Part shown: piece after piece, positions 17,848 to 26,919 of the stretch
Layout: every line of letters starts with the position of its first letter
Position numbering within the stretch: the first letter of the stretch is position 1
Assembly (NCBI GenBank): GCA_965267575.1
Contig: OZ254086.1
Coordinates: 1,632,001 to 1,696,000, forward strand
Source: Calditrichales bacterium
Lineage (GTDB): Bacteria; Calditrichota; Calditrichia; Calditrichales; J004
Length of the DNA: 64,000 nucleotides
Direction: 5' to 3'
Notes under the pieces: model-generated
What the model was told of the DNA's origin: nothing
The model's database searches: none
Seen by the model: the letters and a program-made list of their open reading frames with translations, nothing else
Program-made: the position numbers and the translations under genes

Positions 17848-19050
17848 TCACTTCAACCAGGCCAGCGGGTCATAGGTCTGGTTGCCGCCGTAGATTTCAA
17901 AATGCAGCTTGGAGCCGGCCAGCGCGCCGCTGTCGCCCACCCGGGCGATGACCTGGTTGTTGTCCACGATATCATTTTTCTGCACGTAAATTTCGCCAAG
18001 ATGCGAATAGACCGTGTAGTAGCCGTGCCCGTGATCGATGATCACCGTGTTGCCGTAGCCGGAAAGGTAGGTGATCATGCGGACGACGCCGGTGAAAACG
18101 GACTTTACGGGGGCGCCCAGCTTGCTGGAGATCTCGATGCCGCTGTTGGTGACGTAGGTTTTGGAAGCCGCGTCGTATTGCTTACCAAACTTGCTGATCA
18201 CTTTGCCTGAGACGGGCCAGGGCAGCCGGCCCTTGCCTTTTTTAAAATCATCAAAATCGATAACGACCGGCGCTTCGGCAGGTCGCGGGCTATCCGGTTT
18301 TTGCGTCCGCTGCCGTTCCAGGGCCAGCTTGCGTTCGCGTTCCAGCGTGGCAATAAGTTGGGTCAGCTTTTCACGCTCCTGTTGTTTTTGCGTGATCTGC
18401 CTTTGGTAAAAGGATTCGTCTTTTTTGACGCTGGCCAGTAGTTGCTGCTTCTCATCCAGGCGGGCTTTGTAGCGCTGTTCTTCGGCCAGCTTCTCACGCA
18501 GGCTGCGGTTTTTTGCTTCCAGGTCGGTGGTGAGCCGGCGCTGAAGTTCGCGGATCCTGTTTTCCTTTTCCTCAATCTGGCGGATCGTTTTTTCATCCTG
18601 TTCCGCGATGCGTGCCAGGTAGCGGTAGCGTATCAGCGCCTGGTTCAGCGACTGCGCCGTCAGGATCAATTCAAGGTCGCGGACCTTGCCGTGCTTATAA
18701 GTGTAAACCAGCCGCTGGGCGTATAGGTCTTTCAGTTTTTGCAGCTTGTCGCGGGTGTCGCGAAGTTCCAGGCGGCTGTTTTTGAGGCGCTGCTCCAGCA
18801 GGCGTTGTTCGCGCAAAAGCAGACCTTTGGTGCGGGCGATCAGGGCGATCTCCTTATCAATCTGGTTTACCTGCTGGTCGATGCTGCCGGCCTTTTTCTC
18901 CGTGGACTGCAACTGCTTTTTCAGCGAGTCGATTTCATCGCGGATGGCATCGAGGCGCGAGCGGTTTTGGCGCAGTTGTGTGTCATAATCCTGTGCCGGC
19001 ACAGAAACCAGCAAAGCCATCAGGGCGATCGTTAAGACTCTAAAACGCAT
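17848..19050 (-). CDS. envC: EnvC-like murein hydrolase activator (coiled coil plus degenerate M23 domain)
   Basis: Signal peptide from ATG 19050; long coiled coil; KGRLPWPVSG, GYGNTVIIDHG and YSHL; Zn ligands degenerate (NSGIE, KLH). Confidence 0.85.
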   Translation of the reverse strand: MRFRVLTIALMALLVSVPAQDYDTQLRQNRSRLDAIRDEIDSLKKQLQSTEKKAGSIDQQVNQIDKEIALIARTKGLLLREQRLLEQRLKNSRLELRDTRDKLQKLKDLYAQRLVYTYKHGKVRDLELILTAQSLNQALIRYRYLARIAEQDEKTIRQIEEKENRIRELQRRLTTDLEAKNRSLREKLAEEQRYKARLDEKQQLLASVKKDESFYQRQITQKQQEREKLTQLIATLERERKLALERQRTQKPDSPRPAEAPVVIDFDDFKKGKGRLPWPVSGKVISKFGKQYDAASKTYVTNSGIEISSKLGAPVKSVFTGVVRMITYLSGYGNTVIIDHGHGYYTVYSHLGEIYVQKNDIVDNNQVIARVGDSGALAGSKLHFEIYGGNQTYDPLAWLK

Positions 19051-19846
19051 ATTGAAATCCAAGTCCATGACTGATATTGAGAATAGGATGCAGTTCCAAT
19101 GCATAATCTAAAACAAAAGGCCCGTTTTTGTAAGCAGCCCCGGCCGAAAAAACGTCCTGATCGCGCACGCCACCCAACAGATCAAACTGCTCCAGCACTT
19201 CCACCGCCAAACCAATGTGGTAGGTGAAATCGTAAAGTTCATCTTTAAAGATATCAAAATTCAGCACTATACCCGAAGCAGCCGCGTAGCTAAAAGCCAG
19301 CGCGCCCTGCAGCGGCACCTGCTCGCCGGATTGCCCCAGTTCCGGGCGCAAAATGTTATCGGCGACCGCGGCAATGGTAATAGACTGTACAGGCCGGTAT
19401 TGCAATGCAACGGAAAAGGAGACAGCACCGGCGGAGCCATAGCGTTCAATCGAAAGCTGGTAAAAATGGAATGCCACGCCCGTCTGCAGTTGTCCGTCCA
19501 GCCAGCTATAGGCGGTGCCCCAGGCGATGTCGTTTTCGCCGTAAAGAGGATTGCCAAAGCGGTTGAGAGCCACGGCGTGGTTTAAACCCAGGGCCTTAAA
19601 GCTGCCCTGAACGGCCAGACCATTCAGACCTTCCACACCCCAGTAAGTGCGGTAAAACAGGTCAATCCGTACTCGTTCGCTAAGAGCAATTGTCGCCGGA
19701 TTGGCGAACAGGCTGAAGGATGTGGCTGCGGCTCGTCCGGACAAACCCAGCGCCATATAGCGGGTGCCGGGAAGCCTGGCCTCAAAGGCGGCTTGCAGCG
19801 GAAATGCGATCAGAAGTGTGATAAAGAGAAAGCGTTTCAGGGCCAT
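19040..19846 (-). CDS. Outer-membrane beta-barrel protein, PorV/FadL-like
   Basis: Signal peptide; GTRYMALG..FANPA plug motif; amphipathic strands; C-terminal ...GFQYAF. Confidence 0.55.
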   Translation of the reverse strand: MALKRFLFITLLIAFPLQAAFEARLPGTRYMALGLSGRAAATSFSLFANPATIALSERVRIDLFYRTYWGVEGLNGLAVQGSFKALGLNHAVALNRFGNPLYGENDIAWGTAYSWLDGQLQTGVAFHFYQLSIERYGSAGAVSFSVALQYRPVQSITIAAVADNILRPELGQSGEQVPLQGALAFSYAAASGIVLNFDIFKDELYDFTYHIGLAVEVLEQFDLLGGVRDQDVFSAGAAYKNGPFVLDYALELHPILNISHGLGFQYAF

Positions 19847-19934
19847 GCGCCTGATCCTTTAAACGGTGCGCACATAGCATATTGAAAGCATGGGAAATAT
19901 TCAAGTTAATAAACGATTTCAGTTTTAATAGTTA

Positions 19935-21068
19935 TTATCGATTTTTAATACGCTTTATATAAGCGTCCCATACACTCAAGAATGTTTCCAAATTTGATGG
20001 AGACAGTAGAGAATTCAGATTAAAAGAAGGTCTTCGATTTATCGAATCTTCGGGAAGTTTAATTCCCGGAATTTTATTTAATTTTCTTAACAAATCCAAA
20101 CGATTAGACTTCTCATTATAAATAGGTTTTTCCTTGATCCATTGAAAGGAAATTTCAACTGTCGCATTTGTCCATATTGAAAACATAAAATATTTACTAT
20201 CACTATAATCAAGCATAGGAACTAATGAGCCCAATTTCTGTCCTTTACCCCACCAAACTCTTAAGCCATTCTTTTCCGTCCAGCTTAGAATATTTTCTAC
20301 GAGGTCTGAAATATCTCTTCCAAAGTCTTGCCCTATTCGCTCTAAAAACGACTCCCGGGTCCACTGAGTCTTGGCGCTTTGTAAACGTGATTTTTTTTGC
20401 TTGACAATTGAGTTTTGCCCGACGACACGGGGAACAAGTGTCTTTCTGGATCCGGACGAAAACTGTTTTATTTCTACTCCCAATATCTCTGCCGGATTCA
20501 TTTGTTCATTTAAAAATTCAATAATTCCTCTCAATTCAGTGGGTATTTCATCAGCGACTATTAAAAGCCGGATTTGACCAATTTTTAAATTGTCTTCTAC
20601 TTTTTGCCAAAAAGCCGCGTAATCTTCTTCAATTTCTAAAACGCTGCGTAGCTTATCTTTTGCGTCCAAGCCGTTTTTTTGACAAAAGACTTCAAATGTA
20701 GCTTGTAGCTTTTCGGCGTTCCAATATGTTACAGCATTAGCTGCATACTCCAAGATTTGTCCGATCACTTCGCGCCTTATTCGCGTATCAGAACTACGTT
20801 TTACTTCTACCAACGTAGGTATACCGTCCTGATCAAGGAATAAGTGATCAACATACCAACGACTTATTCCTTCATCATTGTCGAATACGGATGCCTCTTT
20901 GGCGATTAAAACCCATCTTCTTGGATTTAAGTCATCTATTTGATCACCGGGAATCAGGTTTGGGTAGCTGACAAGTAATTTCTGTAGTATAAGTTCGGTA
21001 TCATAGGCCCTCTCATGCATTTCAACGAGACTGCCGTCTTGTTCGATAAGAAATATTCCGTTGCTCAA
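19935..21068 (-). CDS. PD-(D/E)xK nuclease-domain protein (NucS/EndoMS-like) with an unknown C-terminal domain
   Basis: ELILQKLL..VDHLFLDQDG..LVEVK..RREVIGQILEY; AT-rich; probable TTG start at 21068 (ORF track 21128). Confidence 0.65.
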   Translation of the reverse strand: MSNGIFLIEQDGSLVEMHERAYDTELILQKLLVSYPNLIPGDQIDDLNPRRWVLIAKEASVFDNDEGISRWYVDHLFLDQDGIPTLVEVKRSSDTRIRREVIGQILEYAANAVTYWNAEKLQATFEVFCQKNGLDAKDKLRSVLEIEEDYAAFWQKVEDNLKIGQIRLLIVADEIPTELRGIIEFLNEQMNPAEILGVEIKQFSSGSRKTLVPRVVGQNSIVKQKKSRLQSAKTQWTRESFLERIGQDFGRDISDLVENILSWTEKNGLRVWWGKGQKLGSLVPMLDYSDSKYFMFSIWTNATVEISFQWIKEKPIYNEKSNRLDLLRKLNKIPGIKLPEDSINRRPSFNLNSLLSPSNLETFLSVWDAYIKRIKNR

Positions 21069-21155
21069 ATGACCCCCATGAAAATATCTATCAAATTTAT
21101 ACACTAAACGGTATAAATTCGATAGCATTTTTGATGCGGGCCATTTTAAGTGAGG

Positions 21156-21479
21156 TCATTTTTTCACCGGCATTTCCGCAATTTCCGAAACTTCCAGTGT
21201 ACCGCCGGTTTCCAGGAAGGGGCAGGATTTGGCCATCTCCAGGACGTGTTCCATGGTGTCTGCCTCCACCAGCGTATAGCCGGACATCTTTGTGTCGCTG
21301 CCGGATTTAGCCAGGCCGTTTGCAGCAACGGTGTGGGTATTTTTAAAAGGATTGGCCGGACTGATAGCGGCCTCGCCGAGGCCGTTTAGCCACTCCATGT
21401 ATCTGGCAAAATTCTTTTTGCCTTCCTCCGGGGTTGCCGGCGGGTTACCACCGAGATAGACGATAGCGTAGCGGGGCAT
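21156..21479 (-). CDS. YciI/DGPF-like dimeric alpha-beta barrel protein
   Basis: SGYTLVEADTMEHVLEMAKSCP...GGTLEV. Confidence 0.7.
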   Translation of the reverse strand: MPRYAIVYLGGNPPATPEEGKKNFARYMEWLNGLGEAAISPANPFKNTHTVAANGLAKSGSDTKMSGYTLVEADTMEHVLEMAKSCPFLETGGTLEVSEIAEMPVKK

Positions 21480-21501
21480 AGGCGTATCTCCTGTCTAGAG
21501 T

Positions 21502-21741
21502 TTATTCATCCTCCGAAATCGAGGTCCGGGAGCGGATTTCCTTCAATACATCCGTAATTTCCGCGGTGGTAATTCCAGTATTGACGCCTTTTACATTTAA
21601 AGGTGACTCGTTTTCTTCAGCAGGAAGTAAAATAAAAGAAGAACCATCTCTTCGTTTGATCAAAACCTTTCCTTCTATCCTGGCTTTCTCCAAAACGGCC
21701 GCAAAGTTTTGTCTTGCTTCAGAGTATGTGTAGGTTGTCAT
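21502..21741 (-). CDS. Phd/YefM-family antitoxin
   Basis: YTYSEARQNFAAVLEKA..GKVLIKRRDG. Confidence 0.85.
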   Translation of the reverse strand: MTTYTYSEARQNFAAVLEKARIEGKVLIKRRDGSSFILLPAEENESPLNVKGVNTGITTAEITDVLKEIRSRTSISEDE

Positions 21742-21743
21742 TT

Positions 21744-22110
21744 TTAGACCTCAATTAGATTTATTCCTTCACTTGAAGCTATGTCAACAAGAGCATTGTC
21801 CAAAGAAATTAAAGGACAATTTAACTCTTTACATGCCACGATAAAGTATGCATCATATGCATATATTGAATATCGATATGAGACCAATAGCGCATCATCA
21901 AGGTTTATGTCCAAAAACCGAATGGGAATTTCCTGATAATACTTTATTGCTTGAAGTGCTTTTTTGCTGGTCAGACGTTTTCTTCGAAACATTGCTGAAA
22001 ACGCATTTCCAACTTCCCAGTGTAACGAAGCAGGTGCAAAAAGTTCAGCGCTTTTTGTAATTTTGACAATTCGATGCTTTGTTTCTTCGTTTAAAAGAAC
22101 CGCTATTACA
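21744..22110 (-). pseudogene. VapC PIN toxin lacking its N-terminus
   Basis: Frame VIAVLLNEE..APASLHWEVGNA..IYAYDAYF..LISLD has no upstream start codon and no first-strand Asp; in-frame TGA near 22135. Confidence 0.72.
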
Positions 22111-22194
22111 AAATACGTAAGGGAAACGTTAAATCAGCACACGTTTTTTCATCACAAAAAATATGTATATTGTGGACTTAATTGATAGAAGGAC

Positions 22195-23055
22195 ATGCTT
22201 TTGTTTTACAATGATCCGCAGATTAAAAAAGCAATTCTGGAAATGATTGAACGGGCCCTGGTAGAAGACATCGGGCCGGGTGACGTGACCACCGAGGCCA
22301 TTGGTGCTGCCGGGCGCGAAGCAAAGGCAACCGTTATCGCTAAATCCGATTGTGTGGTGGCCGGGTTGTGGGTCTTTGCCAAAACCTTCCAGCTGCTGAA
22401 GCGCGACGTGGATGTGCGCTTTTTGTGCGACGAAGGCGCTGCCGTAAAAAAGGGGGATGTGATCGCCCATGTCAGCGGACCGGCGTCCACCCTGCTCTCG
22501 GCCGAACGAACCGCGCTCAATTTTTTACAACGCATGAGCGGCATCGCCAGCCAAACGCGCCTTTTTGTCGAAGCCGTTAAAGGCACCAAAACCCGCATTC
22601 TGGATACACGCAAAACCGCGCCGGGACTGCGGCTGACCGATAAGTGGGCAGTCGTGCTGGGCGGGGGAAACAATCACCGTATGGGTTTGTATGATATGGC
22701 AATGATCAAGGAGAACCACATTGCGGCGGCGGGGGGCATCAAAGAAGCTGTGAAGCGCGTGCGCGATCATGCCCGAGATAAGATCGGACTGGTGGTGGAA
22801 ATAACCATGGCCGGGCAGCTGGAACAACTTAAAAACCTAAAGGTAAACAGAATTCTTCTCGACAATATGTCGTTAGAAGAGATGCGCGAAGCCGTCGCGC
22901 TGAACAACGGACGTTTTGAGCTGGAAGCCTCAGGAAATGTCTCCCTCGAAAACGCAAAGGAAATAGCCCAAACTGGTGTAGATTTTATCTCTGTGGGCAG
23001 CCTGACGCATTCGGTTAAGGCGGCCGATATAAGTATGATTTTTGACCAGGAGTAA
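22195..23055 (+). CDS. nadC: Quinolinate phosphoribosyltransferase
   Basis: EDIGPGDVTT, ERTALNFLQ, DTRKT, HRMGL, IKENH, LLDN, EASG. Confidence 0.97.
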   Translation: MLLFYNDPQIKKAILEMIERALVEDIGPGDVTTEAIGAAGREAKATVIAKSDCVVAGLWVFAKTFQLLKRDVDVRFLCDEGAAVKKGDVIAHVSGPASTLLSAERTALNFLQRMSGIASQTRLFVEAVKGTKTRILDTRKTAPGLRLTDKWAVVLGGGNNHRMGLYDMAMIKENHIAAAGGIKEAVKRVRDHARDKIGLVVEITMAGQLEQLKNLKVNRILLDNMSLEEMREAVALNNGRFELEASGNVSLENAKEIAQTGVDFISVGSLTHSVKAADISMIFDQE

Positions 23056-23063
23056 AAAAAGCA

Positions 23064-24104
23064 ATGCGATATGAAGAGCTTTTTGAGCAGATGTATGAAA
23101 AACTGCAGCACGTTATGCCTGAGCTGTACATCCGCTACAAGGCCAAAGTGGCCCATGAAATTCTGCAATTGAAAAAAGAGCGTAATGCCGTCATTTTGGG
23201 GCACAATTACATGGAGCCGGCGCTGTATCATTTTATCCCCGATTTCAAGGGCGATTCGCTGGAGCTGAGCCGTAAGGCCGCCGAGGCGGAAGGCGACGTG
23301 ATCGTATTTTGCGGCGTGGAATTCATGGCCGAGACCGCAAAAATACTGAGCCCGGATAAAACGGTGTTGATTCCATCCGACAAGGCCGGATGCTCGCTGG
23401 CCTCCAGCATCACCGCGGAGGATGTGCGCGCCCTGAAAACCAAATACCCCGGCGTGCCTGTGGTCACTTATGTTAACACCTACGCCGATGTCAAAGCGGA
23501 AAGCGACATCTGCTGTACTTCGGGCAACGCCAGGCAGGTGGTGGAATCACTAAAAAGTGACAGCGTTATTTTCCTGCCCGACGAATTTTTGGCCGGTAAC
23601 ATTGCCCAGGAAACGGGCAAGAAACTGATCTTCCCCGATATGCAATCTAAAAACGGCAATAGTAACGGCGCCCTGCAGGCCAACCAAATGGTGGGCTGGA
23701 AAGGCCGCTGCGAAGTGCATGACAAATTCACCGTCGACGATGTAAAACGCGTACGTGAACAGCATCCTGATGTGCTGGTTCTGGCGCACCCCGAGTGCAG
23801 CCCGGAAGTGACGGAAGCCGCAGACTATTCCGGCTCCACTTCGGCCATGGTGCGCTATGTGGAGGAAAGCAACGCCCCGCGCTACCTGCTGCTTACCGAA
23901 TGCGCCATGGGTGACAACATTGCCGCGGCCAACCCGCAAAAAGAGATGCTGCGTTTGTGCAGCGTGCGCTGCCCGCACATGGCCCAGATCACGCTGGATG
24001 ACACGCTGGAATGCCTCAAGCAGATGCGCTATGAAATCACCGTGCCTAAAGAGGTGAGCGACAAAGCGCGCCGCGCCGTGGAACGGATGCTCGAAATAGG
24101 CTGA
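23064..24104 (+). CDS. nadA: Quinolinate synthase
   Basis: GHNY, GDSL, FCGVEFMAE, AGCSLA, YVNT, CEVH, AHPEC, CPHM. Confidence 0.97.
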   Translation: MRYEELFEQMYEKLQHVMPELYIRYKAKVAHEILQLKKERNAVILGHNYMEPALYHFIPDFKGDSLELSRKAAEAEGDVIVFCGVEFMAETAKILSPDKTVLIPSDKAGCSLASSITAEDVRALKTKYPGVPVVTYVNTYADVKAESDICCTSGNARQVVESLKSDSVIFLPDEFLAGNIAQETGKKLIFPDMQSKNGNSNGALQANQMVGWKGRCEVHDKFTVDDVKRVREQHPDVLVLAHPECSPEVTEAADYSGSTSAMVRYVEESNAPRYLLLTECAMGDNIAAANPQKEMLRLCSVRCPHMAQITLDDTLECLKQMRYEITVPKEVSDKARRAVERMLEIG

Positions 24105-25672
24105 TGCAGGAACTGGTCAAGGGCGATGTGCTGATCGTTGGCGGTGGCATCGCCGGTGGTATTGCCGCCTACCTGCTGGCCGAAAAAGGTGTTTCGGTGG
24201 TTTTGGCCAACCGCGCTTCCGAAGAAAGCGGCAGCAACACCTGGTATGCCCAGGGTGGCATCATCTATACTCATCCAGACGACACCCCGCAAAAATGCTT
24301 TGAAGACATCAATCACGCCGGCGATGGCATTTGTTATCCTGAAGCCGTGCGCCAGTTGTGCGAACAGGGGCCGGGCTACGTCCGCGATATCCTGATTGAG
24401 GCGCTGGGTATTGAATTTGACCGTGATGCAGACGGCAGCCTTTCGCAAATCGCAGAAGGCGGCCATTCCGTGCCGCGCATCATCCACTCCGCGGACGCCA
24501 CCGGTAAAGCCATCCAAAACGCGCTTATTGACCGCTTACAAAATCATCCTAACATACATTTTTTAAACGGCTTTACAGCGATTGATCTGTTGACGCCGGA
24601 GCACCATTCGCTGGACCGCCTCTCCATTTACGAACCGCGCCGTTGTGTAGGCGCCTACCTGCTGGAGCAAAGCTCCGGTCGTGTTGTGCGCGCCATTGCG
24701 TCGAATACGATTTTAGCGACGGGCGGGCTGGGGCGCATTTTTCTGCGTACGACAAATCCGGTCGGTGCGCGCGGTGACGGTATCGCCATGGCCAACCGTG
24801 CCGGCGCGCGTATCATCAACCTGGAGTATGTGCAGTTTCATCCCACCGCCCTGTTTCATCCCGGGGCCACCAGTTTCCTGATCTCCGAAGCCGCCCGTGG
24901 AGCCGGCGCGCGTCTGATGAATGCCTCCGGTGAATATTTTATGGAACGCTACGACGCGGAATGGCGCGACCTGGCACCTCGTGATGTGGTGGCCCGCGCT
25001 ATCCATTACGAAATGCTTCATGAAGGCAGTGAATGCGTCTATCTTGATTTTGCTTCGTTCCTGACTCCGGAAAAGATTGTCCACAAATTCCCGACGATTT
25101 ACGCCTTTTGCAAAAAACAAGGCTATGACATCACCCAAAAGCCTTTGCCTGTTGTGCCTTCTGCGCACTACTCCTGCGGCGGTATCTGGGTCGACTTGAA
25201 GGGTCGCACCACCATTGAAGACCTCTACGCCGTGGGCGAGGTTAGCTGCACAGGATTGCATGGAGCCAACCGGCTGGCCAGCAGCTCGCTTTTGGAAGGC
25301 CTGGTTTGGGCGGCCAAAGCTGCAGAAGACATCATGACAAAGGACGAACGGCCGCTGTATGAGCAATCGCTTATCCCGCCCTGGGACGCCGCCGATGAAT
25401 TTGAGCCCGACCCGGCGTTGATTGCCCAGGATTTTGCGACCATCCGCAACATTATGTGGAACTATGTCGGCCTGGTGCGTAACCGCCATCGTCTGCAGCG
25501 CGCCCACCGGGAACTGCGCCAATTGGAGCAGGAAATCGAACGCTTTTACCGCAAAACCAAACTCGCCGATGCGTTAATCGGCTTGCGTAACGCCGTGCGC
25601 ACCGCGGTATTGGTGACTTCCGCTGCATGGGAAAACCGCAAAAGCCGCGGCTGCCATTACCGGGAAGATTGA
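24104..25672 (+). CDS. nadB: L-aspartate oxidase
   Basis: GGGIAG, AQGGI, EGGHS, QFHPT, APRDVVAR, GLHGANRLASSSLLE, SRGCHYR. Confidence 0.96.
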   Translation: MQELVKGDVLIVGGGIAGGIAAYLLAEKGVSVVLANRASEESGSNTWYAQGGIIYTHPDDTPQKCFEDINHAGDGICYPEAVRQLCEQGPGYVRDILIEALGIEFDRDADGSLSQIAEGGHSVPRIIHSADATGKAIQNALIDRLQNHPNIHFLNGFTAIDLLTPEHHSLDRLSIYEPRRCVGAYLLEQSSGRVVRAIASNTILATGGLGRIFLRTTNPVGARGDGIAMANRAGARIINLEYVQFHPTALFHPGATSFLISEAARGAGARLMNASGEYFMERYDAEWRDLAPRDVVARAIHYEMLHEGSECVYLDFASFLTPEKIVHKFPTIYAFCKKQGYDITQKPLPVVPSAHYSCGGIWVDLKGRTTIEDLYAVGEVSCTGLHGANRLASSSLLEGLVWAAKAAEDIMTKDERPLYEQSLIPPWDAADEFEPDPALIAQDFATIRNIMWNYVGLVRNRHRLQRAHRELRQLEQEIERFYRKTKLADALIGLRNAVRTAVLVTSAAWENRKSRGCHYRED

Positions 25673-25756
25673 CCGTCTCCATGCCGTTGCAGGCATAAAC
25701 ACCATTTTGTTTTTAATAACAGCACCATTAGATTCTGCCAAAAAAATATCGTAATT

Positions 25757-26902
25757 ATGTCCGTTTATTTAGATCACTCCGCCACCACACCCATCGATCC
25801 TTCCGTTGCTGAAGCCATGCATCAATGGCTGCTTGAAAAAAGCGGCAATCCGTCCAGCCCGCACCGTGACGGGCAAAAAGCCAAAATACGGTTGGAGCAG
25901 GTCCGCGATGCCGTTGCTGCAGAACTTAACTGCCTGCCCAAAGAGATAACCTTTACCAGCGGCGGTACGGAAAGCAACAACCTGGCCCTGATCGGCGCGG
26001 CCACGGCCCAGCGGGAAAAGGGCCGGCACGTCATCGTCTCGGCCATCGAACACCCGTCTGTTTTAGGCGCCGCGCAGTACCTGAAGCAAAACGGCCTTGA
26101 GGTAGAACGGGCCCTGCCCGGGCGGGATGGCGTTGTAAGCGTTGAAACCATACAAAAGATGCTCCGTGAAGACACCATCCTCCTTTCGCTGATGCTGGTG
26201 AATAACGAGACCGGTGTTTTCCAGCCGCTGGATGAACTTGCTGCCCTGTGCCGGGAAAGAGATGTGGCCCTGCACTGCGACGCCATCCAGGCTTTTGCCA
26301 AATTCCCCATTGACCTGGATAAAACGGCCGTGGATTTCCTGAGCTTTTCGGCTCATAAAATAAACGGGCCGGCAGGAGTGGGCGGCTTGTTTGTGCGCAG
26401 CGGTGTACCCCTGGAAGCGCGCTCATATGGCGGCGGGCAAGAATCTAACCGCCGCCCCGGAACAGAGAATATGACAGGGATTGTTGGTCTCGGCGCCGCG
26501 CTTGAGCTTTACCGGAGTAAAGGTGAGAACCTGCGCCGGATGGAAGAGTTGCGGAATTTTTTTGAAAGCGAGTTAAAACAAAAACATACATCCTCCGTCA
26601 TAATTGGCGCGGATGGCCCGCGTTCGCCGTTTATCAGTTGTGTGGCATTTCCGGGCATTGATAACCAGGCCATGCTGCTCAACCTGGATATGGCCGGTGT
26701 TTCGGCTTCGGTGGGATCGGCCTGCAGCTCGGGCAGCATTAAGCAGTCTCATGTTTTGCAGGCCATGAAGTTGGATGAGAATATTATCGGTTCGGCTTTA
26801 CGTTTCAGCTTTGGGCTGTCTACGACAAAAGAAGATCTTCGTAAGGCATTAAAGGCAATCGATACTGTTACGGAACGTTTGGGCCGCCAGGCGGTCGTTT
26901 AA
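25757..26902 (+). CDS. iscS: Cysteine desulfurase (IscS/NifS type)
   Basis: YLDHSATT, GNPSS, FTSGGTE, SAHK (PLP Lys), GSACSSG. Confidence 0.92.
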   Translation: MSVYLDHSATTPIDPSVAEAMHQWLLEKSGNPSSPHRDGQKAKIRLEQVRDAVAAELNCLPKEITFTSGGTESNNLALIGAATAQREKGRHVIVSAIEHPSVLGAAQYLKQNGLEVERALPGRDGVVSVETIQKMLREDTILLSLMLVNNETGVFQPLDELAALCRERDVALHCDAIQAFAKFPIDLDKTAVDFLSFSAHKINGPAGVGGLFVRSGVPLEARSYGGGQESNRRPGTENMTGIVGLGAALELYRSKGENLRRMEELRNFFESELKQKHTSSVIIGADGPRSPFISCVAFPGIDNQAMLLNLDMAGVSASVGSACSSGSIKQSHVLQAMKLDENIIGSALRFSFGLSTTKEDLRKALKAIDTVTERLGRQAVV

Positions 26903-26919
26903 GGAGAAAAACTATTTCT

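Noticed and set aside
17848-19104. envC as an active M23 toxin belonging to the array, and the longer 19104 start
   Set aside because: Zn ligands are degenerate and composition is host-like; the signal peptide begins at ATG 19050.
22130-22194. NAD regulator operator or riboswitch upstream of nadC
   Set aside because: No convincing palindrome, and the leader is too short.
24713-25522. 269-aa antisense ORF, and similar ones at 40914-41639, 51298-51987 and 56872-57660
   Set aside because: They lie wholly opposite well-supported genes and show no recognisable motifs.
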